Shown here piece after piece: positions 12,370 through 29,253 of a DNA stretch of 64,000 nt. How positions within the stretch are numbered: position 1 is the first letter of the stretch; each line of letters begins with the position of its first letter. Both the position numbers and the translations under genes were made by a program. The notes below the pieces were generated by a model, which made no database searches, was not told the origin of the DNA, and saw nothing but the letters and a program-made list of their open reading frames with translations. Source of the stretch: Eledone cirrhosa. Taxonomy: Eukaryota. The stretch spans positions 8,246,001-8,310,000 of the forward strand of contig OZ024753.1 in NCBI GenBank assembly GCA_964016885.1, written 5' to 3'.

Positions 12370-12613
12370 TCACATCCATCAACTGGCGGTTTTTCCGGGG
12401 GGGGGGGGGGGGGGATGCGCGCGTCTGTCGGAAAGGTGCGAAACGTGTCCTCCACTGTTTGTTGTTTTGAATACTTGAGGTATTCAGCAGTGCGCGCGTG
12501 TGCGTCAAACGGGGGCGGTCAGGCAGAGGTCAGCGGCAGAAGTAGTTCTTTCAATTGTGAGAGTGGGGTGGCGCTAGCTGTCAGTCCATTCTCTGCCCGT
12601 TTGGTGAATGTTA

Positions 12614-12615
<2 letters not shown>
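12370..12615. promoter_or_regulatory. GC/CpG-rich unique patch, possible promoter or first exon
   Basis: Locally high CpG in an AT-rich background; GC box GGGGCGG at ~12512; long G run; minus-strand donor-like AAG|GTAACT at 12333. Confidence 0.3.
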
Positions 12616-12648
<33 letters not shown>

Positions 12649-13428
12649 TGTGTTGTTGTCTCGCTTGAGTGTGTGTGTGTGTGCGTGTGTTGTTGCCTTG
12701 TCCCTCTGTATTGGCTGTGTAGTATGTTTGTATGGTGGAATGCTACTGTGTGTGTGTGTGTGCGTGTGCGTGTGCGTGTGTTGCTGTCTCGCTTGTGTGT
12801 GTGTTTGTGCGTGTGTTTCAACACACGCACACACACACACACTATTAATTTGTCGTTTCTAATTACCATTATTTATCTTAAAGAGAAACATAAAGAAAAA
12901 ACAATTAAAAATTAAAAGAATAAGTGCTATCACAATATACAATGAAAAATTTATTGAAAGGTCATTGAGTTTGTTTCAAGTTCAAATAACATTTTAAAGA
13001 GTTTGAACTGTATTTCTGTTGAATGTTTCATTGTATTATTGATTAATGTTCAGTCAGTACACTATTGGTAATATCTATGATGCTTACATTTAAAAAAAAA
13101 CAAAAAAAAAATCAATTAGTTAGAAGCAAATTAGAAAATTGAAAAACTCAACTTATAATTTTACTCTGCTTATCTAACTAAAAGATAAGACATTTCAAAG
13201 TCAGTTGATTTTGAAATTATTATAAACTTAGCAACAAACCTATTTACAAAGCTGCATTCGTTTGCTTTTATGCATATGTAAGCTTAGATTTTAGTGAAGC
13301 ATTTATATATATATATATTTATGTCATTTATGTATACACATATATAAATGATTGTATGAGTATATATATATGGATGTATGTATGTATATATGGATGTTTG
13401 TATATATGGATGCATTTATATATATATA

Positions 13429-13888
13429 TCAAAGGGCAAAGGAGCTCTTAAGAGTCAATGGCCATCCAAAATCACCGGGAGAGATGACCCCTTAGCCTTT
13501 GTCAAGGCAGAATTCTAGGAGAAGGAAAACTCTGATATAACACCTGCAACCCTGATGGTATCCAATGATGTTGACTTGTTCTTCTTTTTGGTAAATATCA
13601 TCTTGGTTAAGAGAGTGGGACTGGCTTTGTGCAGTGCCTTTGCTCACTATAAAAGCTTCACGGCACAGGCATTGCTTTATATCTGGAGATCTCTCTGCAC
13701 TTGTCGTCACATGGTACCATGGGCCCAGCACTATGTGTCAGTAATTGTCACAAGTGTAGTGTTTGTACCAGAGTTTTCAAGTCGCTGGCTGGACTAAAAA
13801 GTCACACTCGTTCAGCGCATCGGTAGGGGTTCTCCTACATGGATATAAAGTAGTGGCCGTACTCGAAAACGAGTTGGCAGCCACCATG
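13429..13888 (+). mobile_element. Non-autonomous RTE-derived element (5'-truncated copy)
   Basis: Near-identical to the reverse complement of 45256-45715. The 3' part encodes CHKCSVCTRVFKSLAGLKSHTRSAHR*, a C2H2-like RTE ORF C-terminus; followed by (TATG)n. Confidence 0.75.
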
Positions 13889-14366
13889 TATATATGTATG
13901 TATGTATGTATGTGTATCTGTATGTATGTATATATTTGTATGTATATATCTGTGTATGTATATATGTATGTATATATATCCTTATACATATATATATATG
14001 TATGTATGTATGTGCATATATATGTGTATGTATGTGTATATACATGTGTATGTATGTATGTATATATACATTTGTGTATGTATGTATGTGTGTGTATGTA
14101 TGCATGTGTATATATATACATGTATATATATATGTATGTATGTATGTATTTTATGTATGGCTGTACATATGTATGTATGTATATATATATGTATATATAT
14201 ATATATATATGTTTGTGTGTGTGTGTATATGTGTGTATATGTATATTATTATTGTTGTTGTTGTTGTCGTTATTATTATTGTTGTTATTATTATTATTAT
14301 TATTGTTATTTATGTATATGTGTGTATGTATATATATATGTGTGTATATATGTATATGTATGTGTG

Positions 14367-14397
<31 letters not shown>

Positions 14398-14480
14398 TTT
14401 ATTTATTTTTTTTTTATTTATTAATTTTTTTTTTTTCTCCTTGTGCAATGGCCATACTCGATAAATAGGGGGCAGCCATC

Positions 14481-14525
<45 letters not shown>

Positions 14526-15104
14526 TATATGTGCACAAGAGAGAGAGAGGCGGGAGAGAAAGAGAAAGAAATCTCTGTTGTTTGGATTAAGATCTTTACA
14601 TATAATTTGAAATAATTTATATAGTTTCTACCAATCCGAATGTCCCATTAGTGTCATTGGCAATATGGGGAGTTGCAGCTATAGAAAAAAAACACTAACA
14701 AAACTCCTCCAAAACATCAAATTCAAATCTTTGCAGCCTCCACCGAAAAATGTAATAGCAAAATCTTCATATGTTAAATACTGCAAGATCTCATTTTCTA
14801 ACCTTTACATAATAAAAGATTTTCTAATAAGAAATATTGATTTTCTGCCAATGTATAATATACTTACATCAAGATGGACGGCACAAATATTCTATGATCC
14901 AAATTAATTTATAAATTCAAGTAAGAAATTTCATATTTTACTGTTATTTATTTTTTTGGTGGGGAAAATGATTTTTAATATTCTCCATCTGAAATCTCAT
15001 TAACATTGAAATAAATTGCTATTGTAACTTTTTTTATGCTGGCAAATTGTAATTCTAGAAATTAATATGGAATTACAGTTGTAAATACTGAGAGAATGTT
15101 ATAT

Positions 15105-15153
<49 letters not shown>

Positions 15154-15425
15154 CATGTTTACTGTGTGTATATAAATATGTATATACATGTTTTCTGTGT
15201 GTATACAAAAGGATTTTGTATGACATGTACAGCAGTTTGCAATATAACATTATTTTAATAATAAATACTAAAATAGTGATATATTTATATAAAATATTTT
15301 CAGATGATTTATGCTGTTATTTTTACACAATCTGGTGTTCATGTGATATTGTCACCCTGGCATATGATAACTCATAGCCTTGCCCCTAGGTCATATTAAG
15401 GCGTAGCTCAGCCCCTAGGCCATAT

Positions 15426-15796
15426 TAACTCATGTTCCAGACCCTGGGACATATTAATTAATGACCCATCCCCTAGAACATATTAATTGATGACTCCACC
15501 CCTAGGCTTTAAGTATTTCAGGGCCTCTCTGGTAATCCATTAGTTTACACACCCCACTACAGCTGACAGCCTGACCCTGGTAAGTAGAGAGAATTAACAG
15601 TTTCTAGCAAAGCTAGCGTCAGTGGGATTTGAACTCAGAACATAAAGAAACATTACAATATGCCACAAAGCATGTTGTCTGATGCTCTACCAATACTGCC
15701 AATCTACTGTCTTTGTGTTATACATAATTGATACAATGAACTATCAAATAATAACTTAAACCATATAAAGTGGAAAGCCATTTACAGATTACTATG
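15426..15796 (+). repeat. Inverted duplicate of 30120-30602, containing a SINE B remnant and a 58-nt exon-like block (15522-15579)
   Basis: Direct comparison; TTTCAG|GGCCTCTCTGG...GACCCTG|GTAAGT is present in both copies. Confidence 0.85.
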
Positions 15797-16203
15797 TATT
15801 CCTAAAGTATAGTTAATTTAAAATATTTTAAATGGGTCCATTTCCCCTATGGGGTTGTAGTTTTAGCTTATTCAACTTTATCAATAAAACAGCCCTTCAA
15901 GTATTTATATGCAGATATTTTGTACTAAAAGTGTTTCTTGGAAATTTACTAAGATTCACCAAGTTGTGTGATATTCTTTCAATATCCATCAATATATTAT
16001 TGTGTGTGTGTGGTTATTGATCTCTTGTTTGATGTTGACAGTCAGCTTAGCTGATGTCTTGTGTGATGTTGACAGTCAGCTTGGCTGATGTTGCATGGTT
16101 GACATATTGTGTGGTTGTTTACTTCAACAGTTATAAATATATTACATAACTAAAATCAGGACAAAATTTCCAACTTGTTCAAATCACATTCTATGTGTAT
16201 GTG

Positions 16204-16250
<47 letters not shown>

Positions 16251-16619
16251 ATGTGTCTATGTGTGTGTGTGTCTATATATGTGTGTGTGTATGTGTCTAT
16301 GTGTGTGTGTGTTTACATATATATATATATACGTGTGTGTGTGTGTCTATGTGTGTGTCTATATATGTGTGTGTGTGTATGTGTCTGTGTGTCTATATAT
16401 ATGTGTGTGTGTATGTGTCTATGTGTGTGCATGTATATCCTTATGTGTACAGATACACACATGTATCAGACACACACACACATTTCATATAGACACACAC
16501 ACACATATTTGTTGTACTTATGTGTATGTGTATATATATTTTAATTCATATAGAATGCCTTGATATTGTTTATGTATGACTGTTCTTTAGTTACACACAT
16601 ACGCACACTATATTAATGG

Positions 16620-17450
16620 CATACACACACTATACCATCATTGACATACACTTTACCACTGACATACACACACTTTAACATTGACATACACACACTTTAA
16701 CATTGACATACCCACACTTTACCACTGACACACACTTTACTAAAGACACACACACTTTACCACTGACATACACACACTTTACTAAAGACACACACACACT
16801 TTACAATATGAACACACACTTTACAACTGACATACACACACTTTGCCACCAACACATGTACACACACTTTACTAAAGATAAACCCACACAAACTTTACAA
16901 TATGTACACACACACACATTACCACCAACACTCATAAACATACTTTACAATATGTACACACACTTTATTAAAGTCACACACACTCACACTTTACAATATG
17001 TACCCACACTTTACCACCAACACACATACACACACATTACAATATGTACACACACTTTACCACTAACACACACACATACTTTACAATATGTACACACACA
17101 TTACCACCAACACACACACACAAACTTTACAATATGTACACACACATTACCACCAACACACACAAACACACATTACAATATGTACACACATTACCACCAC
17201 CACACATAAACACACTTTACAATAAGTACACAGACATTATCACCAACACACATAAACACACATTACAATATGTACACACACTTTACAATAAGTACACACA
17301 CTTTACCACCAACACACATTAACACACTTTACAATATGTACACACACTTTACCACCACCACACATAAACACACTTTACAATAAGTACACACACTTTACCA
17401 CCAACACACATAAACACACTTTACAATATGTACAGACACCTTACCATATG
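16620..17450. repeat. CA-rich degenerate minisatellite (CACACTTTACAATATGTACA / CACATTACCACCAA)
   Basis: Motifs recur throughout. Confidence 0.9.
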
Positions 17451-17659
17451 TCGGCAAATACACTTCTTTGCAAATATATTTCATGTCTAAAGTTTTGTAT
17501 AAAACCATCAGTATATCTATTTATTTATTTGGTTTTCTTTTACTACATTATATTTTCCATGGAAAGATTTGTCTTTTTGTTGATGTGATAGCTTAAAATA
17601 TAGATAATACCTACACATACACTCTCTCTCTTGCACACACACACACACTTACTCTCTGT

Positions 17660-19780
<2,121 letters not shown>

Positions 19781-20194
19781 ACTTGTAATATGTCTAAACA
19801 GATAGCTGGTAAGTTTATTAACTTGGGGAATGTTGACGGAAGATTTATCCAAAATAGGTTTTATTTCATTATTTATTAATACCTTATATGTTACCCTTAT
19901 ATTCATTTGTTACATAATTTTTTTTAAATCATTTTTTTTTGTTTTCATATTTTTTTTTTCGAACTTATTCTTACTGTTAATGACTGATATGCAGAGTGAT
20001 ACATTGGTTCATCTATCTATTATCTAGGGTAAGGTCTATTATTTATGCTTGCTTGTATTAGTTGTTTTCAATTTCAAAACTGCTCTACAACAACCTTTAT
20101 TGTTGTTTTCACTACTGTTACGATCGCTATCATTACTATAATGTATAATAAAGAAATCTATCATTACTGTAATGTATGTTATTACCAGAATAAC

Positions 20195-23100
20195 CACCAT
20201 CACAACAACATTAACACCAAGACAACTAACATCACAACAACACTATCAAGATTACAACAACACAATCACCATCACAACAACACTATCAACATTACAACAA
20301 CACAATCACCATCACAACAACACTATCAACATTACAACACAATCTCCATCACAACAACACAATCGCCATCACAACAACACTATCAACATTACAACAACGC
20401 CATCAACATAACAACACTATCAACATTACAACAACACAATCACCATCACAACAACATTATCAACATTACAACAACACAATCACCATCACAACAACACTAT
20501 CAACATTACAACAACGCCATCAACATCACAACAACACTATCAACATTACAACAACACTATCACCATCAAAACAACACTATCAACATTACAACAACACTAT
20601 CACCATCACAACAACACTATCACCATCACAACAACACTATCAGCATTACAACAACACTATCAACATTACAACACAATCTCCATTACAACAACACAATCAC
20701 CATCACAACAATACTATCAACATTACAGCAACAATCACCATCAAAACAACACTATCAACATTACAACAACACTATCACCATCACAACAACACTATCACCA
20801 TCACAACAACACTATCAGCATTACAACAACATTATCAACATTACAACACAATCTCCATTACAACAACACAATCACCATCACAACAACACTATCAACATTA
20901 CAACAACACAATCACCATCACAACAACACTATCAACATTACAACAACACAATCACCATCACAACAACACAATCACCATCACAACAACACTATCAACATTA
21001 CAGCAACACAATCACCATCACATCAACACTATCAACATTACAACAACACTATCACCATCACAACAACACTATCAACATTACAGCAACACAATCACCATCA
21101 CAACAACACAATCAACATTACAACAACACAATCACCATCACAACAACACAATCACCATCACAACAACACTATCAACATTACAACAACACTATCAACATTA
21201 CAGCAACACAATCACCATCACAACAACACTATCAACATTACAACAACACAATCACCATCACAACAACACTATCAACATTACAGCAACACAATCACCATCA
21301 CAACAACACTATCAACATTACAACAACACAATCACTATCACAACAACACTATCAGCATTACAGCAACACAATCACCATCACAACAACACTATCAACATAA
21401 CAACAACACAATCACCATCACAACAACACAATCACCATCACAACAACACTATCAACATTACAACAACACTATCAACATTACAGCAACACAATCACCATCA
21501 CAACAACACTATCAACATTACAGCAACACAATCACCATCACAACAACACTATCAACATTACAGCAACACAATCACCATCACAACAACACTATCAACATTA
21601 CAGCAACACAATCACCATCACAACAACACTATCAACATAACAACAACACAATCACCATCACAACAACACTATCAACATTACAACAACACTATCACCATCA
21701 CAACAACACTATCAACATTACAGCAACACAATCACCATCACAACAACACAATCACCATCACAACAACACAATCACCATCACAACAACACAATCACCATCA
21801 CAATAACACTATCAACATTACAACAACACTATCAACATTACAGCAACACAATCACCATCACAACAACACTATCAACATTACAGCAACACAATCACCATCA
21901 CAACAACACTATCAACATTACAGCAACACAATCACCATCACAACAACACTATCAACATTACAACACAATCACCATCACAACAACACTATCAACATTACAG
22001 CAACACAATCACCATCACAACAACACTATCAACATCACAACACTATCAACATTACAGCAACACAATCACCATCACAACAACACTATCAAGATTATTACAA
22101 CACAACCACCATCACAACAACACTATCAACATTACAACAACACTATCACCATCACAACAACACTATCAAGATTACAACAACACAATCACCATCACAACAA
22201 CACTATCAACATTACAACAACACTATCACCATCACAACAACACAATGGCCATCACAACAATACTATCAAGATTACAACAACACAATCACCATCACAACAA
22301 CACAATCACCATCACAACAACACTATCAACATTACAACAACACTATCACCATCACAACAACACTATCAAGATTACAACAACACAATCACCATCACAACAA
22401 CACTATCAACATTACAACAACACAATCACCATCACAACAACACTATCAACATTACAGCAACACAATCACCATCACAACAACACTATCAACATTACAACAA
22501 CACTATCACCATCACAACAACACTATCAACATTACAGCAACACAATCACCATCACAACAACACTATCAACATTACAACAACACTATCACCATCACAACAA
22601 CACTATCAAGATTACAGCAACACAATCACCATCACAACAACACTATCAACATTATTACAACACAACCACCATCACAACAACACTATCAACATTACAGCAA
22701 CACAATCACCATCACAACAACACTATCAACATTACAACAACACAATCAACATTACAACAACACAATAACCATCACAACAACACTATCAAGATTACAACAA
22801 CACAATCACCATCACAACAACACTATCAACATTATTACAACACAACCACCATCACAACAACACTATCAACATTACAACAACGCCATCAACATCACAACAA
22901 CACTATCAGCATTACAACAACACTATCAACATTACAACAACACAATAACCATCACAACAACACTATCAAGATTACAACAACACAATCACCATCACAACAA
23001 TACTATCAAGATTACAACAACACAATCACCATCACAACAACACTATCAACATTACAACAACGCCATCAACATAACAACAACACTATCAACATTATTACAA

Positions 23101-23520
23101 CACAACCACCATCACAACAACACTATCAACATTACAACAACGCCATCAATATCACAACAACACTATCAGCATTACAACAACACTATCAACATTACAACAA
23201 CACAATCACCATCACAACAACACTATCAACATTACAACAACACAATCACCATCACAACAACACTATCAACATTACAACAACGCCATCAACATAACAACAA
23301 CACTATCAACATTATTACAACACAACCACCATCACAACAACACTATCAATATTACAACAACGCCATCAACATAACAACAACACTATCAACATTACAACAG
23401 CACAATCTCCATCACAACAACACTATCAACATTATAACAACACAACCACCATCACAACACTATCAACATTACAACAACACAACTACCATTACAACAACAC
23501 AACTACAATCACAACAACAC
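20195..23520. repeat. ~3.3-kb 20-bp minisatellite (CAACAACACTATCAACATTA / CAACAACACAATCACCATCA)
   Basis: 20-bp period visible in register with the 60-base lines. Confidence 0.97.
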
Positions 23521-24225
23521 TATATATAGTTGAATCTTAGTATATATAGTTCAACATTAGTATATTTAGTTGAATCTTAGTATATATAGTTGAACCTTAG
23601 TTTATATAGTTGAACCTTAGTTTATATAGTTCAACATTAGTATATATAGTTGAATCTTAGTATATATAGTTGAACCTTAGTTTATATAGTTGAACCTTAG
23701 TTTATATAGTTGAACCTTAGTTTATATAGTTGAACCTTAGTTTATATAATTCAACATTAGTTTATATAGTTGAATCTTAGTTTATATAGTTGAACCTTAG
23801 TATATATAGTTCAACATTAGTATATATAGTTGAATCTTAGTATATATAGTTGAACCTTAGTTTATATAGTTGAACCTTAGTTTATATAGTTCAACATTAG
23901 TATATATAGTTGAATCTTAGTATATATAGTTGAACCTTAGTTTATATAGTTGAACCTTAGTTTATATAGTTGAACCTTAGTTTATATAGTTGAACCTTAG
24001 TTTATATAATTCAACATTAGTTTATATAGTTGAATCTTAGTTTATATAGTTGAACCTTAGTATATATAGTTCAACATTAGTATATATAGTTCAACATTAG
24101 TATATATAGTTGAATCTTAGTATATATAGTTCAACCTTAGTATATATAGTTCAACATTAGTATATATAGTTCAATCTTAGTATATATACTTGAACCTTAG
24201 TATATATAGTTCAACATTAGTATAG
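23521..24225. repeat. 20-bp minisatellite (TATATATAGTTGAACCTTAG), ~35 copies, with a 260-bp higher-order duplication
   Basis: The order of variant units in 23541-23800 is repeated at 23801-24060. Confidence 0.97.
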
Positions 24226-24301
24226 ATTAATTTACACATAATTTTCCACTGGGATTGTCATCTTGTTGTTAAAACTGCTGATTAATGAAAATAAGTTTTG
24301 T

Positions 24302-24633
24302 GAGTTTAATTCCCAAGAGAGAGGACATAGACAGACATATATATGACATATAGGGACATACTTGAAATTAAGAGCTATATGTTTTTAGAGTTTAATACCC
24401 AGCAGAGGACTTTCGCGGACATACATATGGCACATAGGGACAGAAAACAATTGTTAAGAACTATGAGTTTAATTCCTAGCAGAGGGCAGACACAGATATA
24501 TATATATGGCACATAAGGACAGAGAACAATTAAGAACTATGAGTTTTTAGAGTTTAATTCCCAACAGAGGGCAAACACACACATATATTTAACACATAGG
24601 GGCATACATCAAATTAAGAACTGAATGTTTTTA
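24302..24633. repeat. Degenerate ~80-87-bp tandem repeat, 4 copies
   Basis: GAGTTTAATTCCCA.CAGAGG...CATAGGGACA...AATTAAGAACT recurs four times. Confidence 0.8.
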
Positions 24634-25110
24634 GAAAACATAAAGGTTTCAATAAAAAAAATGATTGAAAAGTAATTATTCTGGGTTTGATAGAATTGGT
24701 TAGTTGCCACCTCTACTAATTAGTGATTGTGGGAAAAGGGGCAGTGTGAAAAATAACTGTACCAGTAGTAATTAGTTAAATGACAGTGATGAAATGTTAA
24801 GATATTTGTTAGATTTTAATTTGTATGTTTTTAAATTTACGAAAAAACTAATGGGTTTTTGTAATGTGAGAAGCCTCATTATAGATTAAAACTTCTGAAA
24901 ATGTCAACTTTGCATTTCGTTGTGGTGGATTATAAAATTAACTAGTAATGATATATACTTTTCTAAAATAAAAGTATATCATACACAAAACGCCAACATC
25001 CAAAGTTTTCCAAGAGATGGCAACATAAATGGACCGGTTATTTTTCTCTAAAAAAGTGGTTTCCAATTCTGCCCTGCCCAACCCCTCAATCTATGTAATT
25101 TCTCATTCTT

Positions 25111-25146
25111 TCTTCTGATGAAGGACTAGTGTCGGAGACGTTAAGA
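25111..25146 (+). ncRNA. Minimal hammerhead motif (family D), GAAA mutated to GAGA
   Basis: TCTT-CTGATGA-AGGACTAGTGTCG-GAGAC-GTT-AAGA; element ~25030-25236 matches 47860-48075. Confidence 0.55.
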
Positions 25147-25402
25147 CCCTCTTCCTGCTATTTCAAGAGTTAAACTAATATATTCCTTCCATATACTGTA
25201 CCGTTTGTGTTGTTATTTCTGTTTACCTTTTACATACACAACACATATATATATATATATATATATATAATAATGCTTTCTTTATTAACCACAAGGGTTT
25301 ACATAAAGTAGACATTAAGGACAGTACAGGACAATACAGGACGGTACAAATATCATCTTATAATAATATAATATATATAATATAATATATATATATATAT
25401 AT

Positions 25403-25595
25403 ATATAATAATGATAATAATAATTGTTTCTATTTTTGGCACAAGGCCAGCAATTACCCCAGTGCATTATGGGTACTTTATTTTACCAACCCCGTAAGGA
25501 TGGAAGGCAAAGTTAAACTCGGCGGGATTTGAACTCAGACCATAAAGGGGTGTATTCTATGATGCGAAGCGCATGACGTCTGACCCTCTACCGAT
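25403..25595 (-). mobile_element. SINE family B copy
   Basis: Reverse complement of the family B motif, with an (AAT)n tail. Confidence 0.85.
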
Positions 25596-25617
25596 AAATG
25601 AAAAATAGTTACTCTAG

Positions 25618-25684
<67 letters not shown>

Positions 25685-25695
25685 GCCTGTGTGTG

Positions 25696-26044
25696 TCATT
25701 TTCATTTCATTTCATTTCATTTTACGTCAGCTTTTTCCCTGCTTGCAAGGGTGGGACAGGAACTGATGCTGGCTTGATTTCTACAGCTGGATGCCCTTCC
25801 TAACATCAACCTCATTTACAGTGAGTGCTGGGTGCTTTTATGCTGTGTCACCTCCACGGCCACTTTACAGTGGAATGATATGGACCTCAGTCCCTATCAT
25901 CTCATTTCAACAGCTGAGTAAACTGGAGCAATGTGAAATAAAGTGTCTTGCTCAAGGAAACAACACATCACCCGGTCTGAGAATTGAACTCACAACCTTT
26001 CGATTGCAAGGCCAATGCTCTAACCACTAAGCTTATGTGCCTCC
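25696..26044 (-). mobile_element. SINE family A (tRNA head + CORE-like domain + RTE-like 3' module), full length
   Basis: Reverse complement of 37008-37349. Confidence 0.9.
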
Positions 26045-26068
26045 ATATATACATGTCTGTGTATATAT

Positions 26069-26198
26069 TGTCCTCAGACAACACATATGTGACCCATGTG
26101 GTCCTCAGACAACACATATGTGACCCATGTGGTACTCAGACAACACATATGTGACCCATGTGGTCCTCAGACAACACATATGTGACCCATGTGGTCCT
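26069..26198. repeat. ~31-bp tandem repeat, 4 copies
   Basis: GTCCTCAGACAACACATATGTGACCCATGTG repeated. Confidence 0.95.
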
Positions 26199-26694
26199 CT
26201 GGGGACCCTTCAGCTTGTCATGGCTGGCACTAGTAAATACATAAGTGGATGGTACACCAGAAAGAACGGACTAATGGAACTCTCAGACAGAGATTATCCT
26301 CATCCTACTCCCCTATTCCCATCTCCACCAACCAAATATCTAGAGATGGAACTTATGAGTGAGGGGTGGTGTCGAAATGTCACACAAATTACTAATTGAA
26401 GAAATAATTAGGAAATAAGAATCTGCTGAGAGATGTAGTTTGTCTGTAGCGAGGGAGCTTTAAAAGTACAATTTCTATGTGCGTATGTATGTATGTTATA
26501 ATGTGGTGCTTTGCTTTAGTGTGTATATAATACATAGACACAGCAAGAGATGATTGGACATTGTATAAGAGATACACAGATGTAAATATGTGTATATATC
26601 TGAGTAGACACATATGTTCATACATATATGTGTAAATATGATGCACATTGTATATGTATGTATGTATGTGTATATATATATGTATATATAGTTT

Positions 26695-26739
<45 letters not shown>

Positions 26740-26791
26740 GTTTGCTTACTTCAACACGCCAAAATACATTTCTTGATAAATTTATATTTGA

Positions 26792-26858
<67 letters not shown>

Positions 26859-26952
26859 TTTCGTTTCGCTTTTTCTACCCGCCGAAATGCAATTCTGGCT
26901 AAATTTTATATTGATATATATATATATATACATATATATGTATATATATATG

Positions 26953-26983
<31 letters not shown>

Positions 26984-27004
26984 GTATATATATGTATATA
27001 TATG

Positions 27005-27089
<85 letters not shown>

Positions 27090-27108
27090 GTATACATATA
27101 TATATGTA

Positions 27109-27203
<95 letters not shown>

Positions 27204-28439
27204 GACCACACTAGTATACACAGTGGTATAGAGAAGTCTCCCATTGATCTCAACAGATCCTCCGATCTTAACTTATGTTTATTTAATTAGTTTCTAGTAT
27301 CGCTAATTTCCTTAGATCAGCCATTATTTTGGTTTGCTATCTCTATGGATCTGTCAAACCAATATTATCGAATTCTCACAAAACAATCGCTTTTCAACTG
27401 TTTATTTTTACTACCTACTTACCTCCCACCCTGCCCGACCCCCGTACTCCGACCTCACTCCCACCCACATACTTTCTATTGAACTGTTGTTGTTGTTTGT
27501 TGGTGTTGTTCGTTGTTGTTGTTGTTGTTGTTTTTCTTTTTTATAGTTTATACCTTACTTGCCCACTCACATACACATGTACACATGCACACATACACAT
27601 GTACACATACACATGCCCACATATGCATGCACACATACACACACATACAAAAAATACATGCATGCACATGCACACAGGCAGACATGCGCGCACATACACA
27701 TACAGACAAACACACACATGCACATATAGACATGCAACACACACACAAACACATATATATGCACGCACAAACACACACACAAACACATATATATGCACGC
27801 ACAAACACACACATACAAACACACACATACACAAACACACACATATAAACACAAGCACGCGCGCACACACACGCGCAAACACATACAAACACACATACCA
27901 ACACACACACACATATATATATGTACACACAAACACACACACATACAAACACACACACACACACATAGAAACACACACAAAAGCTCACACATACACATAG
28001 ATACCCACATACAAACACAAATACACACATACAAACACACACATACAAACACAAACATACAAACACACACATACAAACACACACACAAACACACAGATAC
28101 CCACACACATGCCTCCAGCCAGAGAGGTTTTACCCCTTCTTCCCACCACCCACCCCTAACCATACTTTAAACAAGCTCTCCTCACTGTAGGCCATAACTC
28201 AGATCAACAGTTCACAGAGTGAAGTACTGATAAAAAAATGTATTGTGTTGATGTTGGGTTTTTTTTTTTTTTGTTACTTTTTTCTGTTATATACATATCA
28301 GGATCATCATTTAACGGCCATTTTTCCATGCCAGCATGTGTGTATGTGTGTATGCGTATGTATATATATATATAGGTATAGATAGATCTCTCTTTCTCTC
28401 TGTATATATATATATATATATAGTAATAATAATAAATTA

Positions 28440-29083
28440 GAAGACTAAAATCCAAAGAAGGCTCGATAAGGATAAATATATATCAAATATATAAGAACCG
28501 TAGAGCAAAAATTTATTAAAATAACAGATTAAAGTTTAAGCAAAGAATCGCTGCTTTCACCCTTAACGGGATCTTCTGAAACTAACAAAGTCAATCTGTA
28601 AACGCAGAAGTGGATATTTTAAAAAACGTTGCAACCGGAGGAAGACAGGAAGATGATACTTTGGTTCGTGGAAACGTTCGCTGGCAAAGAACGGGGAAAA
28701 ACGAATATAATACGTCATTAATAGGAGCGGAGAAAAACAATTACACGCAAAGATAGAACCACGTTTATGGTATAAAAGAAGTCGTAGACTAATGTTCTCT
28801 TAGGTGGTTCATAGAGACATTCTCTGGCAATGAACGGAAAAAAACGAAGATAATACGTCATATGTCGAGCGTGGAGAGCAATTGCACGCAAAGACAAAAC
28901 CACGTAAATGGTATAGCTGAAGTTGTAGACCAAAATTCTAACTAGGAGACCAGATGATTCTCTGCTTCAGAGTTATGAATAAAGTAAATAAAATACAATA
29001 CAGAGTTGTTAGTTTCAGCAGATCCCGTTAAGGGTGAAAGCAGCGATTCTTTGCTTAAACTTTAATCTGTTATTTTAATAAAT
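28440..29083. mobile_element. Mini-element family G: 78-bp inverted arms each carrying a variant hammerhead, plus an internal ~143-bp diverged direct repeat
   Basis: Arms 28511-28588/29006-29083. AGTTT-CAG(A/C)AGA-TCCCGTTAAGGGT-GAAAGCA..TGCT-T-AAACT at 29011-29061 (+) and 28533-28583 (-). Direct repeat ~28664-28800/28807-28940. Confidence 0.7.
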
Positions 29084-29124
29084 ATATATATAAAAGTAGC
29101 AACACAACAGTTAGTTCACCATAC

Positions 29125-29161
29125 CAAGAACAATTGTTTCATCTTATGCGAATCTTCAGCT

Positions 29162-29163
<2 letters not shown>
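29125..29163 (-). ncRNA. Minimal type I hammerhead motif
   Basis: Minus strand: CAAG-CTGAAGA-TTCGCATAAGAT-GAAAC AATT GTT-CTTG; palindromic ACAATTGT stem III; TA-flanked ~75-bp cassette. Confidence 0.7.

Positions 29164-29253
<90 letters not shown>

Noticed and set aside
20045-23294. 451-aa and 349-aa T/Q/H/N-rich ORFs
   Set aside because: Products of a 20-bp minisatellite; the period is not a multiple of 3 and frames interchange.
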